Source: Elusimicrobiota bacterium | GTDB taxonomy: Bacteria; Elusimicrobiota; Elusimicrobia; F11 | Assembly (NCBI GenBank): GCA_046153645.1 | Contig: JBJXGI010000074.1 | Location: forward strand, 1 to 27,229 | Reading direction: 5' to 3' | Length of the DNA stretch: 27,229 bases | Shown: positions 8,022-18,612 of the stretch, one piece after another | How positions within the stretch are numbered: the stretch's first letter is position 1 | Layout of the letters: each line of letters begins with the position of its first letter | Program-made: the position numbers and the translations under genes | Notes under the pieces: generated by a model | Databases searched by the model: none | Told to the model about the DNA's origin: nothing | What the model saw: the letters and a program-made list of their open reading frames with translations, nothing else

Positions 8022-11000
8022 TTATAAAAATGTAAGACGAATAAACTCGCCTAACGTATTTAGTGAATCCTCATTTTCGTCCTTAAAATAAACTCTTACG
8101 CCTTCAGGTTTTCCTGGAATCAACTGCATCGAATCTTCAGGTTGTGCAAGTAAAAGCTGGAACGATTTCTCCGAAAGTTTAAAGTTATTTTTAAAATAAA
8201 TCAAAATTCCATCTGACTCTTGGTGAACCTCGGCGATTCCATATTTTTTGGCCAACAGACGTAAAGCCGCTGCGTCAATTAACGTTTTGACTGGCTCCGG
8301 AAGCGGACCGCACCGATCTACGATTTCTTCTTTAATTTTGTTCAGACTTTCTTTATCCGCGGATAAAATTCTTTTATACATAACAACTCTTTCAGATTCT
8401 GAGGGTAAATAATCGTCCGGGATATAGGCCGATATAGACAATTCTAAAAGAGGCCCATTGGGATGAGAATCCACTTCCTCACCTCTCATTTTTTGAATTT
8501 CCTCATTTAAAAGTTTTCCGTAAGTTTCAATTCCGACAGCAGCAATATTTCCATGCTGTTGAGGCCCCAATAAATTTCCCGCTCCTCTAATTTCCATATC
8601 TCGCATCGCCAAACGAATTCCTGAACCAAGGGCGGTGAATTCTTTTAATGCTTCTAAACGTTTTTTCGCATCAGAACTTAAGCTGGCATTATCGTAAAAC
8701 AAATAACAATAGGCCTTGGTTTTAGATCGCCCCACACGGCCTCTCAACTGATAAAGCTGAGACAACCCCATTTCTTCCGCTTCCTCGATAATTAATGTAT
8801 TAACAGAAGGAATATCTAATCCGGATTCAATAATAGTTGTCGCTAAAAGAACATCAATTTTTTTATTAACAAAACCATGCATAGCATCTTCTAATTCTTC
8901 TTCTTTCATTTGACCGTGAACCATGGAAATTCGAACGGATGGAAGTAACCCCTCTAACCACGTTTTGCGCGCTTGTAATGTTTTGACCCGATTATGCACG
9001 TAAAAAACTTGACCTCCGCGGTCCAATTCTGATTGAACCGCTTTGACCATTAAATCTTCATTAAAAATTCCGACATGAGTTGATATGGGCAGCCTCCCTT
9101 CTGGGGGTGTTTCAATGACAGACAAATCTTTTATCCCCGCCATAGAGGAGGCCAACGTGCGAGGGATGGGAGTGGCGGTCAAGGAGAGAACATCAACCGT
9201 CTCACGCAAATTAAGCAATTTGCTTTTTTGTTTGACGCCAAAACGATGTTCTTCATCAATAATAAGAAGGCCCATGGCTGGGAAATGAATATCACTAGAC
9301 AATAAGCGATGAGTCCCAATCATAATGTCAATTCCGCCTTTGCCTAAACTCTCAATAATCTTTTTTTGGTCGTGTTTATCTTGGAATCGAGAAAGCAATT
9401 GAACCGTCACGGGATAATCCGCGAGACGTTCTGAAAAATTTCGAAAATGCTGTTCCGCTAAAATTGTGGTGGGGCATAAAAGTGCCACTTGTCTACCGGA
9501 AAGAGCGCATTTAAGCGCTGCTCTCATGGCAATTTCAGTCTTTCCGTAACCCACATCACCACAAACCAAACGGTCCATCGCTTTGGCGGTCATCATATCG
9601 GCTTCTACTTCTTCTAAGGTTTTCTTTTGATCGGGCGTTAATTTATAGATGAAACTCTCAGCAAATTCTTGTTCCAATTTTGTGGAAGGAGGAAAGGCAT
9701 GCCCGGGGCGAACCGAACGCTTGGCTGCTTTTTTCAAAAGATCTGCTGCGAGTTTGGCTACATCTTCTTTTACTTTTTCTCGAACACGGTCCCAAGCAGC
9801 CGTATCTAAACTAGAAAGTTGCGGTTTTTTCCCTTCGGCGCCCAAATACTTTTGAACTTGTTGAATTTCAAAAATAGGAACGTAAAGTTTATCCCCTCCT
9901 TTATATTCAAGGGCCAAATACTCTGATGCCATTTTGCTGACTTTTAATGTTCGAAGTCCCAAATAACGACCCACGCCATGTTTTTCATGAACCAAATAAT
10001 CATTGGGACGAATATCAAGCGGAGAACCAAGCGGACCCGCCCCTTCATATCGAGGCAAACGAACACGCTTTCGATAACGTCCAAAAATTTCACTGTTGGC
10101 CAGTAGTGCAAATCGAGATTCAGGATCAATAAACCCATGCTCAAGTTCTCCCACAACAAACAATGGCATCCAGGCGGGTTTTTTACCTGCAGCGCGTGTC
10201 ACTGGATCATTTAAGAGTTCATCTAAGCGGTCTCGCTCTCCATGGTTATGGCAAAACACCACCACTTTCCAGTCATCTTCATTCCATTTTTTAAGTTGCT
10301 CCCGAAGCATATCGATATGTCCCGAAAAACCGGGTGCCGCTTGATAAGAAAAATTTTGATCTGAATCGGCCAATGGAGAAAAATAAATCACACTCACATC
10401 TGAATCAATATAAGAAGTTAATTTTTCTTGCGCCGCTGTTGAAATGGGGTGAATGCGAAGTTCCGCCACGTAATCGGAGGATCTTTGAGTGGAAGCTTCA
10501 ATAACTCGAATGGCTTCAGCGGTATCAAAATTCCAAGTAATTCGAACAGGGGTCCCTTCTTCCCCCCATTGAACAGAAGCGCCCCCTTTATCAACAGATC
10601 GAACGTCTCCTGGAACAAAAATATCAATCACGTCTCCGCGAATGGCATATTCACCAATCGTTTCAACTCTTTCCGCACGCGAATACCCTGCCCGCGTTAA
10701 TACATCTTCAAAAGCGCTTCGGTTAATGGTAATTCCGGGTTTCAGTTTATAAGCTTTTTTTCGAAATTCTGCTTTCGGATCAACCGAACAATTTAGACCT
10801 TCTTTTGATGTGACCAAGATTTTATTTTCGCCAAAGGCCCACTCATACAATGACACCAAGCGCAGGGGTTCATCATCAAGCACAAAAGCGCCCACATGAA
10901 TTTTTCTCTCTGGAAAAATTTCTTTAGGAAGGCGGTAAAGAGCTTGAATATCTTCCGCCATCGACATCACGTCTTCTTCGTTTTCAACAACAAGCAATAT

Positions 11001-11105
11001 TTTGTTTTCCGGAAGGTGATGCGTGAGCCACCAAGGAAATGCACCACGTGGCATTCCAGCGATTGTTTGTTCGGAGGTTGGAGCTAAGGAATTCCTATAA
11101 ACCAT
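8022..11105 (-). CDS. mfd: Transcription-repair coupling factor
   Basis: UvrB-like GEYAIRG, RID VHEKHGVGRYLG, GDVGYGKT, DEEHRFG, QLRGRVGR, TRG motif DMEIRGAGNLLG. Confidence 0.97.
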   Translation of the reverse strand: MVYRNSLAPTSEQTIAGMPRGAFPWWLTHHLPENKILLVVENEEDVMSMAEDIQALYRLPKEIFPERKIHVGAFVLDDEPLRLVSLYEWAFGENKILVTSKEGLNCSVDPKAEFRKKAYKLKPGITINRSAFEDVLTRAGYSRAERVETIGEYAIRGDVIDIFVPGDVRSVDKGGASVQWGEEGTPVRITWNFDTAEAIRVIEASTQRSSDYVAELRIHPISTAAQEKLTSYIDSDVSVIYFSPLADSDQNFSYQAAPGFSGHIDMLREQLKKWNEDDWKVVVFCHNHGERDRLDELLNDPVTRAAGKKPAWMPLFVVGELEHGFIDPESRFALLANSEIFGRYRKRVRLPRYEGAGPLGSPLDIRPNDYLVHEKHGVGRYLGLRTLKVSKMASEYLALEYKGGDKLYVPIFEIQQVQKYLGAEGKKPQLSSLDTAAWDRVREKVKEDVAKLAADLLKKAAKRSVRPGHAFPPSTKLEQEFAESFIYKLTPDQKKTLEEVEADMMTAKAMDRLVCGDVGYGKTEIAMRAALKCALSGRQVALLCPTTILAEQHFRNFSERLADYPVTVQLLSRFQDKHDQKKIIESLGKGGIDIMIGTHRLLSSDIHFPAMGLLIIDEEHRFGVKQKSKLLNLRETVDVLSLTATPIPRTLASSMAGIKDLSVIETPPEGRLPISTHVGIFNEDLMVKAVQSELDRGGQVFYVHNRVKTLQARKTWLEGLLPSVRISMVHGQMKEEELEDAMHGFVNKKIDVLLATTIIESGLDIPSVNTLIIEEAEEMGLSQLYQLRGRVGRSKTKAYCYLFYDNASLSSDAKKRLEALKEFTALGSGIRLAMRDMEIRGAGNLLGPQQHGNIAAVGIETYGKLLNEEIQKMRGEEVDSHPNGPLLELSISAYIPDDYLPSESERVVMYKRILSADKESLNKIKEEIVDRCGPLPEPVKTLIDAAALRLLAKKYGIAEVHQESDGILIYFKNNFKLSEKSFQLLLAQPEDSMQLIPGKPEGVRVYFKDENEDSLNTLGEFIRLTFL

Positions 11106-12489
11106 TTTTTAACTCCATCCGATTCACAGACTCAATGTGAGAAGTCTGTGGAAATAGATCAACGGGGGTTGAAGATTTAAGATCATAATGAGAAGAGAGA
11201 ATTTTCAAATCTCTGGCTAATGTTGCTGGGTGACAAGAAATGTAAACTACTCTTTTGGGTTTAAACCATAAAATCCCTTTTAACACTTCGGGGTCACAAC
11301 CAGACCGCGGCGGGTCAAGCAAAACAATTAATTGAGATGACTTTAGCATCTCAAGTTTTAATGATTCTCTTAAAACCTGTTTTACGTCACCCTCAATAAA
11401 CTCAGCATTTTTTAATTTATTTAATTCGGCATTTATCTTGGCATCACGAATGGCCTGTGGAACCTCTTCAATACCAATAACCAAAGCCGCTTTTCTAGCC
11501 GCTAACAAAGTAGGTGCACCTACTCCACAATACAAATCAAGCACCGTATCAGTCGGTTCAATTTTCATTTCATCTAAGGCTTTTTGATAAAGTTTTTGAG
11601 CGGCACCATAATTCACCTGAAAAAAGGCCCCTGGAGAATAACGAATTTTAAGCCCCAAAACATTTTCTTCAATATAAGACGCGCCAGCCAAATGAATCCA
11701 TTGATAACCCAAAATCACATGAGACTGGGCCGACTGAACATTTTGATGAATGCCTATAACAAAGGGAAATCTATTATGAATTTCATCGGTGAATATTTTT
11801 TGATCAGGAAAATTTTCTTGAGCCGTAACTAAAATTAAAAAAGCTTCCCCTTTTTCGTTGTTGCGCACCAACAAATGGCGAATCCAACCACGGTGACGGT
11901 CTTCGTCGTAAACCGGCCATTTATTCTTAATCGCATATTCTTTTACAAACTTAACCAACTGAACCGATTCCTCGGTCTGAATCAAGCAATCGTCAAACTC
12001 AATAATATTGTGACTTTGTGGCGCAAAAAAACCTGCCACCAATCCTTTTGAACTCATTCCAAAGGGAACTTGCACTTTATTACGGTACCGCCAGATAAGC
12101 GGAGAATTTAACGTCTCAGCCACAGGTGGAGTGGGAAAACCACCAATTCTTTCGAGTGTTTCAATTAAAAGTTGTTTTTTGGTTTGGAGCTGAGATTCGT
12201 TTGACATCATTTGCCAATCACATCCTCCACACCAGGGTTTCTGAGAGTCGGCATCAAAGTGAGAGGGACAAGCGGGCTTAATTCTTTTAGGTGAAGCTTC
12301 AAGAATTTTGATAGGTAACCAGCGTGAATGGTTCTTTTTTTCCATTAAAAGCTTCACTTTTATTTTTTCATCCGCCAATGAATAAGGAACAAAAGCCGCT
12401 TGGCCCTGTTTTTCACCTTCTGCCAAACGCCCAATACCATCCCCATCAAGCGCAAGTCGATCAATTTTTAATTCTGTGGTTTTGTTCAT
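11095..12489 (-). CDS. rlmD: 23S rRNA (uracil-C5)-methyltransferase RlmD/RumA family
   Basis: TRAM N-terminus, Fe-S motif C...CGGC...C, FFQVN, DLYCGVG, DPPRSG, YISCHP, DLFPQTSHIE. Confidence 0.92.
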   Translation of the reverse strand: MNKTTELKIDRLALDGDGIGRLAEGEKQGQAAFVPYSLADEKIKVKLLMEKKNHSRWLPIKILEASPKRIKPACPSHFDADSQKPWCGGCDWQMMSNESQLQTKKQLLIETLERIGGFPTPPVAETLNSPLIWRYRNKVQVPFGMSSKGLVAGFFAPQSHNIIEFDDCLIQTEESVQLVKFVKEYAIKNKWPVYDEDRHRGWIRHLLVRNNEKGEAFLILVTAQENFPDQKIFTDEIHNRFPFVIGIHQNVQSAQSHVILGYQWIHLAGASYIEENVLGLKIRYSPGAFFQVNYGAAQKLYQKALDEMKIEPTDTVLDLYCGVGAPTLLAARKAALVIGIEEVPQAIRDAKINAELNKLKNAEFIEGDVKQVLRESLKLEMLKSSQLIVLLDPPRSGCDPEVLKGILWFKPKRVVYISCHPATLARDLKILSSHYDLKSSTPVDLFPQTSHIESVNRMELKNGL

Positions 12490-12495
12490 ATTCTT

Positions 12496-12517
12496 GTCAT
12501 CCCCGCAGAAGCGGAGA
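12496..12517. repeat. Short palindromic repeat of dRS3-like geometry
   Basis: GTC-ATCCCC-GCAGAAGC-GGAGA in the yunC-rlmD gap. Confidence 0.4.
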
Positions 12518-12521
12518 ACAA

Positions 12522-12809
12522 TTAGCCCATCTTCTCCAACGCTTCTTTTCCGGTCATGCCTTCTTTGACTCCTTTTTGCGCGGCAAAGGAAGTGAATCCT
12601 TGAATCTTGGCTTTAAGTAAGTCCTCTACCGTCATAACGCCACGCACGACTGCTGCGGCATCTCCTAATTTTTCTGCGGTTTCTAAATTTAAGTATCCAC
12701 ACATCACAAAACCACTCTTGGCTTTAGCTAAAACCAAGGGCGCTTTTGAAAATTTAATTTCAATTCCCTTGATAATCTGCCCATTTAAATCAATATCAAT
12801 GTTTTTCAT
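12522..12809 (-). CDS. YunC-like/DUF1805 protein
   Basis: GFVMCGYLN, AAVVRGV, GMTGKEAL motifs; 95 aa. Confidence 0.85.
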   Translation of the reverse strand: MKNIDIDLNGQIIKGIEIKFSKAPLVLAKAKSGFVMCGYLNLETAEKLGDAAAVVRGVMTVEDLLKAKIQGFTSFAAQKGVKEGMTGKEALEKMG

Positions 12810-12875
12810 CGTGCCACCTTCATAATCGTTTAGTAAAATTTGAGATAAATCCTACCATTTGAATGAAAGGACATC

Positions 12876-14690
12876 ATGATCACAATTAGAAATGTTTCAA
12901 AATCTTTTGGCGCTCAAACATTATTTGAAGATATTTCCCTTCAAATCAATCAAGACGACCGTTTTGCACTCGTAGGCCCTAATGGCGCCGGCAAATCAAC
13001 TCTATTTAAAATTATTATGGGAACCGAGCAACCCGATAATGGAGAGGTCGCTCTTCGAAGTGGCATTACCTTTGGTTTTCTACCACAAGAAACCCCCCAT
13101 CTCTCCGGGAAAACAGCACTAGAAGAAACCTTGGGTGATGACACCGGCGATTTCAAAAAAGAAGCTCAAGCAAAAAAAATCCTCATGGGGTTAGGGTTTC
13201 GCGTCACAGATTTTACTCGCTCCGTTCAAGAATTCTCTGGTGGATGGCAAATGCGCGTTATGATCGCTAAGCTTTTGGTGCAGGAACCTGACTTACTCAT
13301 GTTAGATGAACCGACCAATCATTTAGACTTAGAATCCCTTTTGTGGTTTCAAAACTATCTCATGAATTACCGTGGGGCCATATTTCTTATCTCTCACGAT
13401 CGAACTTTCATTAACACTGTCTGCGACCGTATTATTGAACTGAGAGATCACAATCTAAAAATTTATACGGGAACCTTTGAAGATTATCTAGATCAACGAA
13501 AGAAAGAAGAAGAAGAATTGGTTCAAGCTTATAAACGCCAACAAAAAGAAATCGAAGATTTAGAATTATTTATTAATCGATTTAGAGCCAAAGCCAGCCT
13601 TGCCGCTAGTGTTCAAAGCAAAATTAAATATTTAGAAAAAATGGAAAAGATTGTTTTACCTCCCGAACAAAAAACGGTTGGGTTTTCTTTTCCCCAACCC
13701 ACACGCTCTGGCCAAATTTCCATGGATCTTAAAGACATTTCCCAAAGTTACGATGGAAAAACTTTCATCTACAATAAAATGAATTTAACTTTAGAGCGTG
13801 GTCAAAAAATCGCGCTTGTCGGACCCAACGGGGCTGGTAAATCAACACTCATTAAACTTTTAGCAGGTCAAATTCCATTTCAGTCAGGAGAAAGGAAATT
13901 GGGCTTTAATGTTGAAGTGGGCTATTTCTCTCAACACCGAGCGGAAATGTTTACTCCCAATAGAACCGTATTTCAAATTGGGTGCGAAACACGCCGTGCC
14001 ATTTCAGAAACAACCATCCGAACCGTTCTGGGGAGTTTTCTTTTTCAAGGCGACGCTGTTTTCAAAAAAACGGAAGTGTTAAGCGGTGGAGAAAAAAGCC
14101 GACTGGGACTCGCCCGGCTATTATTAGATCCGCCGAATGTGATGCTCATGGACGAACCGACCACTCACTTAGATATGGCAAGCGTTGAGACATTAGTTGA
14201 AGCGCTCAAAGCCTTTGAAGGAACCTTGTGTTTTATCAGTCACGATGTGTATTTCATTCGACAATTGGCTGATCACATTATCCACGTCAATCAAGGAAAA
14301 ATCACCTGGTATCCAGGAAATTACGATTACTTCTTGCACAAAAAAGCATTAGAAGAAGGCGAAGAAGGTGAAATTTTCCGCTTGCAAGAAAAAGATGAAC
14401 AAAAACATAAAAGCCACAACGAAACTAAACCCGAACAAAGCGAGAAAAAATCAGGGGGCAAAAAAACCAAAGAACAAAAGCGCCTTGAAGCCGAAGAGAG
14501 AAATGCTCGTTACCGTGCAAGTCAAGAAAATGAAAAGAAAGGTGGTCAATTAAATTCGCTTAAAACAGAAGAAGAAAACATTTTGAACATTCTTTCGGAT
14601 CCGGCGTCTCACAGCAATCCGCAAAGAATTGCAGAATTATCCAAACAACTGGGTGAAATTCAAAGGAAGTTAAATGAATTACAAAAATAA
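12876..14690 (+). CDS. ABC-F family ribosome-associated ATPase
   Basis: Two NBDs (GPNGAGKS twice, FSGGW/LSGGE, DEPTNHLD/DEPTTHLD), helical linker, charged C-terminal extension, no TMs. Confidence 0.93.
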   Translation: MITIRNVSKSFGAQTLFEDISLQINQDDRFALVGPNGAGKSTLFKIIMGTEQPDNGEVALRSGITFGFLPQETPHLSGKTALEETLGDDTGDFKKEAQAKKILMGLGFRVTDFTRSVQEFSGGWQMRVMIAKLLVQEPDLLMLDEPTNHLDLESLLWFQNYLMNYRGAIFLISHDRTFINTVCDRIIELRDHNLKIYTGTFEDYLDQRKKEEEELVQAYKRQQKEIEDLELFINRFRAKASLAASVQSKIKYLEKMEKIVLPPEQKTVGFSFPQPTRSGQISMDLKDISQSYDGKTFIYNKMNLTLERGQKIALVGPNGAGKSTLIKLLAGQIPFQSGERKLGFNVEVGYFSQHRAEMFTPNRTVFQIGCETRRAISETTIRTVLGSFLFQGDAVFKKTEVLSGGEKSRLGLARLLLDPPNVMLMDEPTTHLDMASVETLVEALKAFEGTLCFISHDVYFIRQLADHIIHVNQGKITWYPGNYDYFLHKKALEEGEEGEIFRLQEKDEQKHKSHNETKPEQSEKKSGGKKTKEQKRLEAEERNARYRASQENEKKGGQLNSLKTEEENILNILSDPASHSNPQRIAELSKQLGEIQRKLNELQK

Positions 14691-16785
14691 GATTCTAGTC
14701 AATTCCTTAATAAAACTGTCATTAATGATATCGGCAGTTTTCATTCCATCTCTCTCTTTCCCCCAAAACAAACTCCATACAACCGTCACCTTAATTTCAG
14801 AAAGTGAACATATTCAACCCGGTCAACCCTTTTACGTTGGCCTTCTGCTTAAAATGGACCCGCATTGGCATATATATTGGAAAAACCCCGGTGATTCAGG
14901 TGCCCCAACAAAAGTAACGTGGAACCTCCCAAGAGGGATAACAGCCGGTGAATTGGAATGGCCCGCCCCTAAAAAAATAGTTTTAGCTGACATTGTCACT
15001 TATGGGTATGAAGAAGAGGTTCTCTTACTAGTAAAAATGACCCCCGCAACAAATATTTCAAATTCAATGCGGTTAGAAGCTAAAGTAAGCTGGCTTGAGT
15101 GCAAAGAAGAATGCATCCCTGGCAGCGGAAAAACGGAGATGACTCTTCCTGTCAAAAACGCGCCTTCTATGTCCGTTGAGAAAAACATTGAAAAATTTAA
15201 CCAAGCGCGATTCAAAATGCCCCTCAATCAGTCAAGTTGGAACGTGACTGTTAGCGAAAACAAAAACGTCTTTATCTTCACAGGAAAAACAAACGAGCAA
15301 GAAATATCAGAAACAGGACCCATTGTTTTTTTCCCACATGACTCGGATCTTATTTCTTACTCATCTGAACAAAAATTTTCAAAACAAAAAGATGGCTTTC
15401 GATTAGAAGCTCAAAAATCTGAGAGCCTAAAACAAATACCAGAAAAAATTGAAGGAGTTCTTTCTTCAGAACAAGGATGGAGAGGTAAAAATTCAGAGAA
15501 AGCCCTCTTGATCAATATTCCTATTTCTATTTTAGACTCAAATGAAACCAAACCTTCGAGAGAAATGAGCACTCTATTATCAGCGCTTCTTTTCGGCCTT
15601 ATAGGGGGTCTTCTCCTTAATTTGATGCCGTGCGTTTTGCCTGTGCTCTCAATTAAACTATTGGGACTCGTCAAACAAACCCAGGGAGATAAAAAGGAAA
15701 TTTGGACGCATTCACTTCTTTTTACTTTAGGTGTATTGATTTCTCTGTGGTCATTGGTTGGTCTTTTATTGATCTTAAAAAGTGGCGGCGCTCAGTTGGG
15801 CTGGGGATTCCAATTACAATCTCCCACATTTGTTTTTGTATTGATTGGATTATTTTTTCTGATGGCCCTTAATTTCTTCGGGATTTTCGAAATAGGAAGT
15901 TCACTCACACAAGTAGGCGACTTGACTCGAAAAACCAACGGCCATTTTGGCGCATTTTTAACGGGGGTGTTAGCCACGGTCGTAGCAACACCATGCACAG
16001 CACCCTTCATGGGAACGGCTTTGGGTTTTGCACTTTCACAACCAGCGATTATTACATTTCTCATTTTCACAGCATTGGGCATAGGTCTTTCAGCTCCTTA
16101 CATATTAATAGCAGCGCAACCTAGCTTCCTAAAATATCTTCCCAAGCCTGGAGCTTGGATGGAAACATTTAAAAATATCATGGGGTTTTTACTGTTTGCC
16201 ACAGTCACTTGGCTTTTTTGGGTTCTTAGTCTCCAAACAACCTCAGAGGCACTCGCTTGGGTCTTTTTAGGACTATTTTTACTTTCTTTATCAACATGGA
16301 TTTACGGAAAATATACGCTCCCCCATAAATCTCCTACAACAAGATGGATAGCAATTATTTTGGCTTTGGGACTGGGCGCGCTTGGCTTTTTCACAGGCTT
16401 TCATAAAATTCAAGACAAACCATCTTCCTCAACTGAAAAAACTTTAAATGACTGGGAACCTTACTCTGAAGAACGAGTTGAAGCCTTAAGAAAAGAAGGA
16501 CGAAAAGTGTTCGTTGATTTTACAGCTGGTTGGTGTCTTACTTGCCAAGTAAATGAAAAAACCGTTCTCTCAAAAACAAAAGTTCAAGAAGTCTTTAAAA
16601 GTGAAAATGTAGCCTTACTAAAAGCCGATTGGACTTTAAGAGATGAAAAAATCACTCAAGCCTTAGCAAAATTTGGAAGATCGGGAGTGCCTTTGTATGT
16701 TTACTATTCTCCCACATCATCAGAGGGTACTGTTCTTTCAGCTGTTTTAACGTCCGATTTAGTATTAGAGACCATCAAAAATTAA
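14674..16785 (+). CDS. dsbD: DsbD/ScsB-class protein-disulfide reductase
   Basis: N-terminal HWHIYWKNPGDSG...CKEEC, TM domain MPCVLP and TPCTAP, C-terminal thioredoxin WCLTC. Confidence 0.9.
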   Translation: MNYKNKILVNSLIKLSLMISAVFIPSLSFPQNKLHTTVTLISESEHIQPGQPFYVGLLLKMDPHWHIYWKNPGDSGAPTKVTWNLPRGITAGELEWPAPKKIVLADIVTYGYEEEVLLLVKMTPATNISNSMRLEAKVSWLECKEECIPGSGKTEMTLPVKNAPSMSVEKNIEKFNQARFKMPLNQSSWNVTVSENKNVFIFTGKTNEQEISETGPIVFFPHDSDLISYSSEQKFSKQKDGFRLEAQKSESLKQIPEKIEGVLSSEQGWRGKNSEKALLINIPISILDSNETKPSREMSTLLSALLFGLIGGLLLNLMPCVLPVLSIKLLGLVKQTQGDKKEIWTHSLLFTLGVLISLWSLVGLLLILKSGGAQLGWGFQLQSPTFVFVLIGLFFLMALNFFGIFEIGSSLTQVGDLTRKTNGHFGAFLTGVLATVVATPCTAPFMGTALGFALSQPAIITFLIFTALGIGLSAPYILIAAQPSFLKYLPKPGAWMETFKNIMGFLLFATVTWLFWVLSLQTTSEALAWVFLGLFLLSLSTWIYGKYTLPHKSPTTRWIAIILALGLGALGFFTGFHKIQDKPSSSTEKTLNDWEPYSEERVEALRKEGRKVFVDFTAGWCLTCQVNEKTVLSKTKVQEVFKSENVALLKADWTLRDEKITQALAKFGRSGVPLYVYYSPTSSEGTVLSAVLTSDLVLETIKN

Positions 16786-16811
16786 ATTCGTTATTTCCTA
16801 GGAGGAAAATT

Positions 16812-17432
16812 ATGCTTAAAAAGTTATCATTCTTCAGTCTTATCGCCGTTGCATTCACACTCTTCAGTTTCAAATCTATCCAAGCCGACCAACCTGAAAT
16901 CGGAAAACCAACTCCGAGTTTTACACTTTCTGACTCTAATGGAAAAAATCATTCCATTTCAGATTTTAAAGGGAAACATGTAATACTTGAGTGGATCAAC
17001 CTCAGTTGTCCTTTTGTCAGAAAACATTACGATACTGCCAACATGCAAAAACTTCAAAAAGAATGGACAGATAAGGGCGCCATCTGGCTTTCAATTGCTT
17101 CTTCGGCTGAGGGCAAACAAGGTTTTTTTAATGGAGCCAAATGGAATGAACTCATTAAAAAAGAAAATGCCAGTATGACGGCGGTTTTGCTCGATCCAGC
17201 AGGCAAGGTTGGAAAACTCTACGGAGCCAAAACAACTCCTCACATGTTTGTTATTGATCCCAAAGGAAACATAATTTACAAAGGGGCCATTGACGACAAC
17301 TCAAGTTATGACAAAGATGACGTTCAAGGTGCAAAAAATTACGTATCACAAGCCTTAACAGAATCAATGGCCAACAAACCAGTCAGCGTTCCTGTCACCG
17401 AACCCTACGGCTGTTCCGTTAAATACAAATAG
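16812..17432 (+). CDS. Exported redoxin (AhpC/TSA-like, PrxL-like) protein
   Basis: Signal peptide, LEWINLSCPFV, TTPHMF, YKGAIDD, C-terminal YGCSVKY; GGAGG RBS. Confidence 0.85.
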   Translation: MLKKLSFFSLIAVAFTLFSFKSIQADQPEIGKPTPSFTLSDSNGKNHSISDFKGKHVILEWINLSCPFVRKHYDTANMQKLQKEWTDKGAIWLSIASSAEGKQGFFNGAKWNELIKKENASMTAVLLDPAGKVGKLYGAKTTPHMFVIDPKGNIIYKGAIDDNSSYDKDDVQGAKNYVSQALTESMANKPVSVPVTEPYGCSVKYK

Positions 17433-17448
17433 AGATTTACTACTGATT

Positions 17449-17498
17449 CTCAAGAGTCCCTCTTTCTTGATTTAAAAAATCAAAAGTGGGACCTTGAG
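17449..17498. terminator. Long inverted repeat between convergent operons (likely bidirectional terminator)
   Basis: CTCAAG-a-GTCCC...TTGATTT/AAATCAA...GGGAC-CTTGAG. Confidence 0.6.
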
Positions 17499-17522
17499 GA
17501 CTGGTATCCATTCTTGTTTTTT

Positions 17523-18035
17523 CTACAAAACCGGGTTATGTGGTGATTTTAGTTTGCGCGAGGGAGAGATGGCCAAAAACCAAAGAAGCGCCACCAATAA
17601 AAATGCCAAACAAGATTGGAACATGAGAAAGCTAATGATCTTTAAATAGGCAAATTCTGGATTAACAAAACGCACAAGCCAACCTGCCGCCTCCCCAAGA
17701 AGAGCTGAAAAAAACGTTGTAAAAATAAAAACCAGTTTTGAGCCATAACGAAATGGAGCAAAAATCAGTAAATGTGTCAAAAGCAAAACCACAATGGCCA
17801 TCATAGGAAGATGCATGTGCGTTACTTCTAACATTGATGGATAAGAACGAGGCACAAGGAATTCTGACTCCGATCCCAAATAATAGTTTTGGACTGATAT
17901 TGGCGTTAATCCCATTTTTGAGAAATAGAGCAAGAAATTTGTTACCCAGAAGCCGATGAGGAACAAAAACGTAAGCGCGAGCGTCAATTTCATCAGAGGA
18001 TGGTTTTGAAACCCTCCTTTTTCCATGTACTTCAT
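17523..18035 (-). CDS. 4-TM membrane protein with HxH...H motif (possible heme b binding)
   Basis: LEVTHMHLPMM...LLTHLL (H73, H75, H88); ATGA overlap with the FMN-binding gene. Confidence 0.7.
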   Translation of the reverse strand: MKYMEKGGFQNHPLMKLTLALTFLFLIGFWVTNFLLYFSKMGLTPISVQNYYLGSESEFLVPRSYPSMLEVTHMHLPMMAIVVLLLTHLLIFAPFRYGSKLVFIFTTFFSALLGEAAGWLVRFVNPEFAYLKIISFLMFQSCLAFLLVALLWFLAISPSRKLKSPHNPVL

Positions 18036-18595
18036 TTCTTCTCCTTCAACTCTGGTTTAATGGCAACTTCAAATATCGCTAATATCCGGCGAACATTTTC
18101 TGTTATTGCTTGCGTTGTAAGCGTAGCGCCTGTCACGTTGCGAATACCGCGCTTGACCCATAAATCCTCATTTAGTTTTTTATTCGGAAAAAGTTCAAAC
18201 CATTTCTTGGGTGGCAAATAATCTGCCGGTTCATAAAAAGCAAGAATCTCAACCAATCGAAGGCTTCCATCTGGATTAACACAGGCCATCATCGTCTCGG
18301 GCATGGTGCGCACTCTATGGGAATTGAAAAATACAAATCCATTCGTTCCCCCATCCGCGTTTGTTCCCACATAATAGGTAACAAGACCAAAGTCTAGTTT
18401 CGATTTGGCCCGCAGTTCAATATTTTTTTTTTGTTCATCATTTAAATAGAGATTCTTTCGCTCAATAACTGTGCCAGAGGAAAACACCAAGTTGAGCGCT
18501 TGCCCTTGAGTCATAAAGGCCCGGCTCCAAACAGAACCGGGCTTCATGAGCAAGAAAAAACACATCAACCAGAATATTTTCGACAAAATACGCAT
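18032..18595 (-). CDS. Exported FMN-binding domain protein (ApbE substrate)
   Basis: Signal peptide and [S/T]GA[S/T] flavinylation motif RNVTGATLT. Confidence 0.88.
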   Translation of the reverse strand: MRILSKIFWLMCFFLLMKPGSVWSRAFMTQGQALNLVFSSGTVIERKNLYLNDEQKKNIELRAKSKLDFGLVTYYVGTNADGGTNGFVFFNSHRVRTMPETMMACVNPDGSLRLVEILAFYEPADYLPPKKWFELFPNKKLNEDLWVKRGIRNVTGATLTTQAITENVRRILAIFEVAIKPELKEKK

Positions 18596-18612
18596 TTAAC
18601 TTTGATCTAACT

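Noticed and set aside
8022..11105. Short Mfd (1027 aa) as a pseudogene
   Set aside because: Continuous frame with all RID, translocase, TRG and C-terminal motifs; only the variable N-terminal region is compact.
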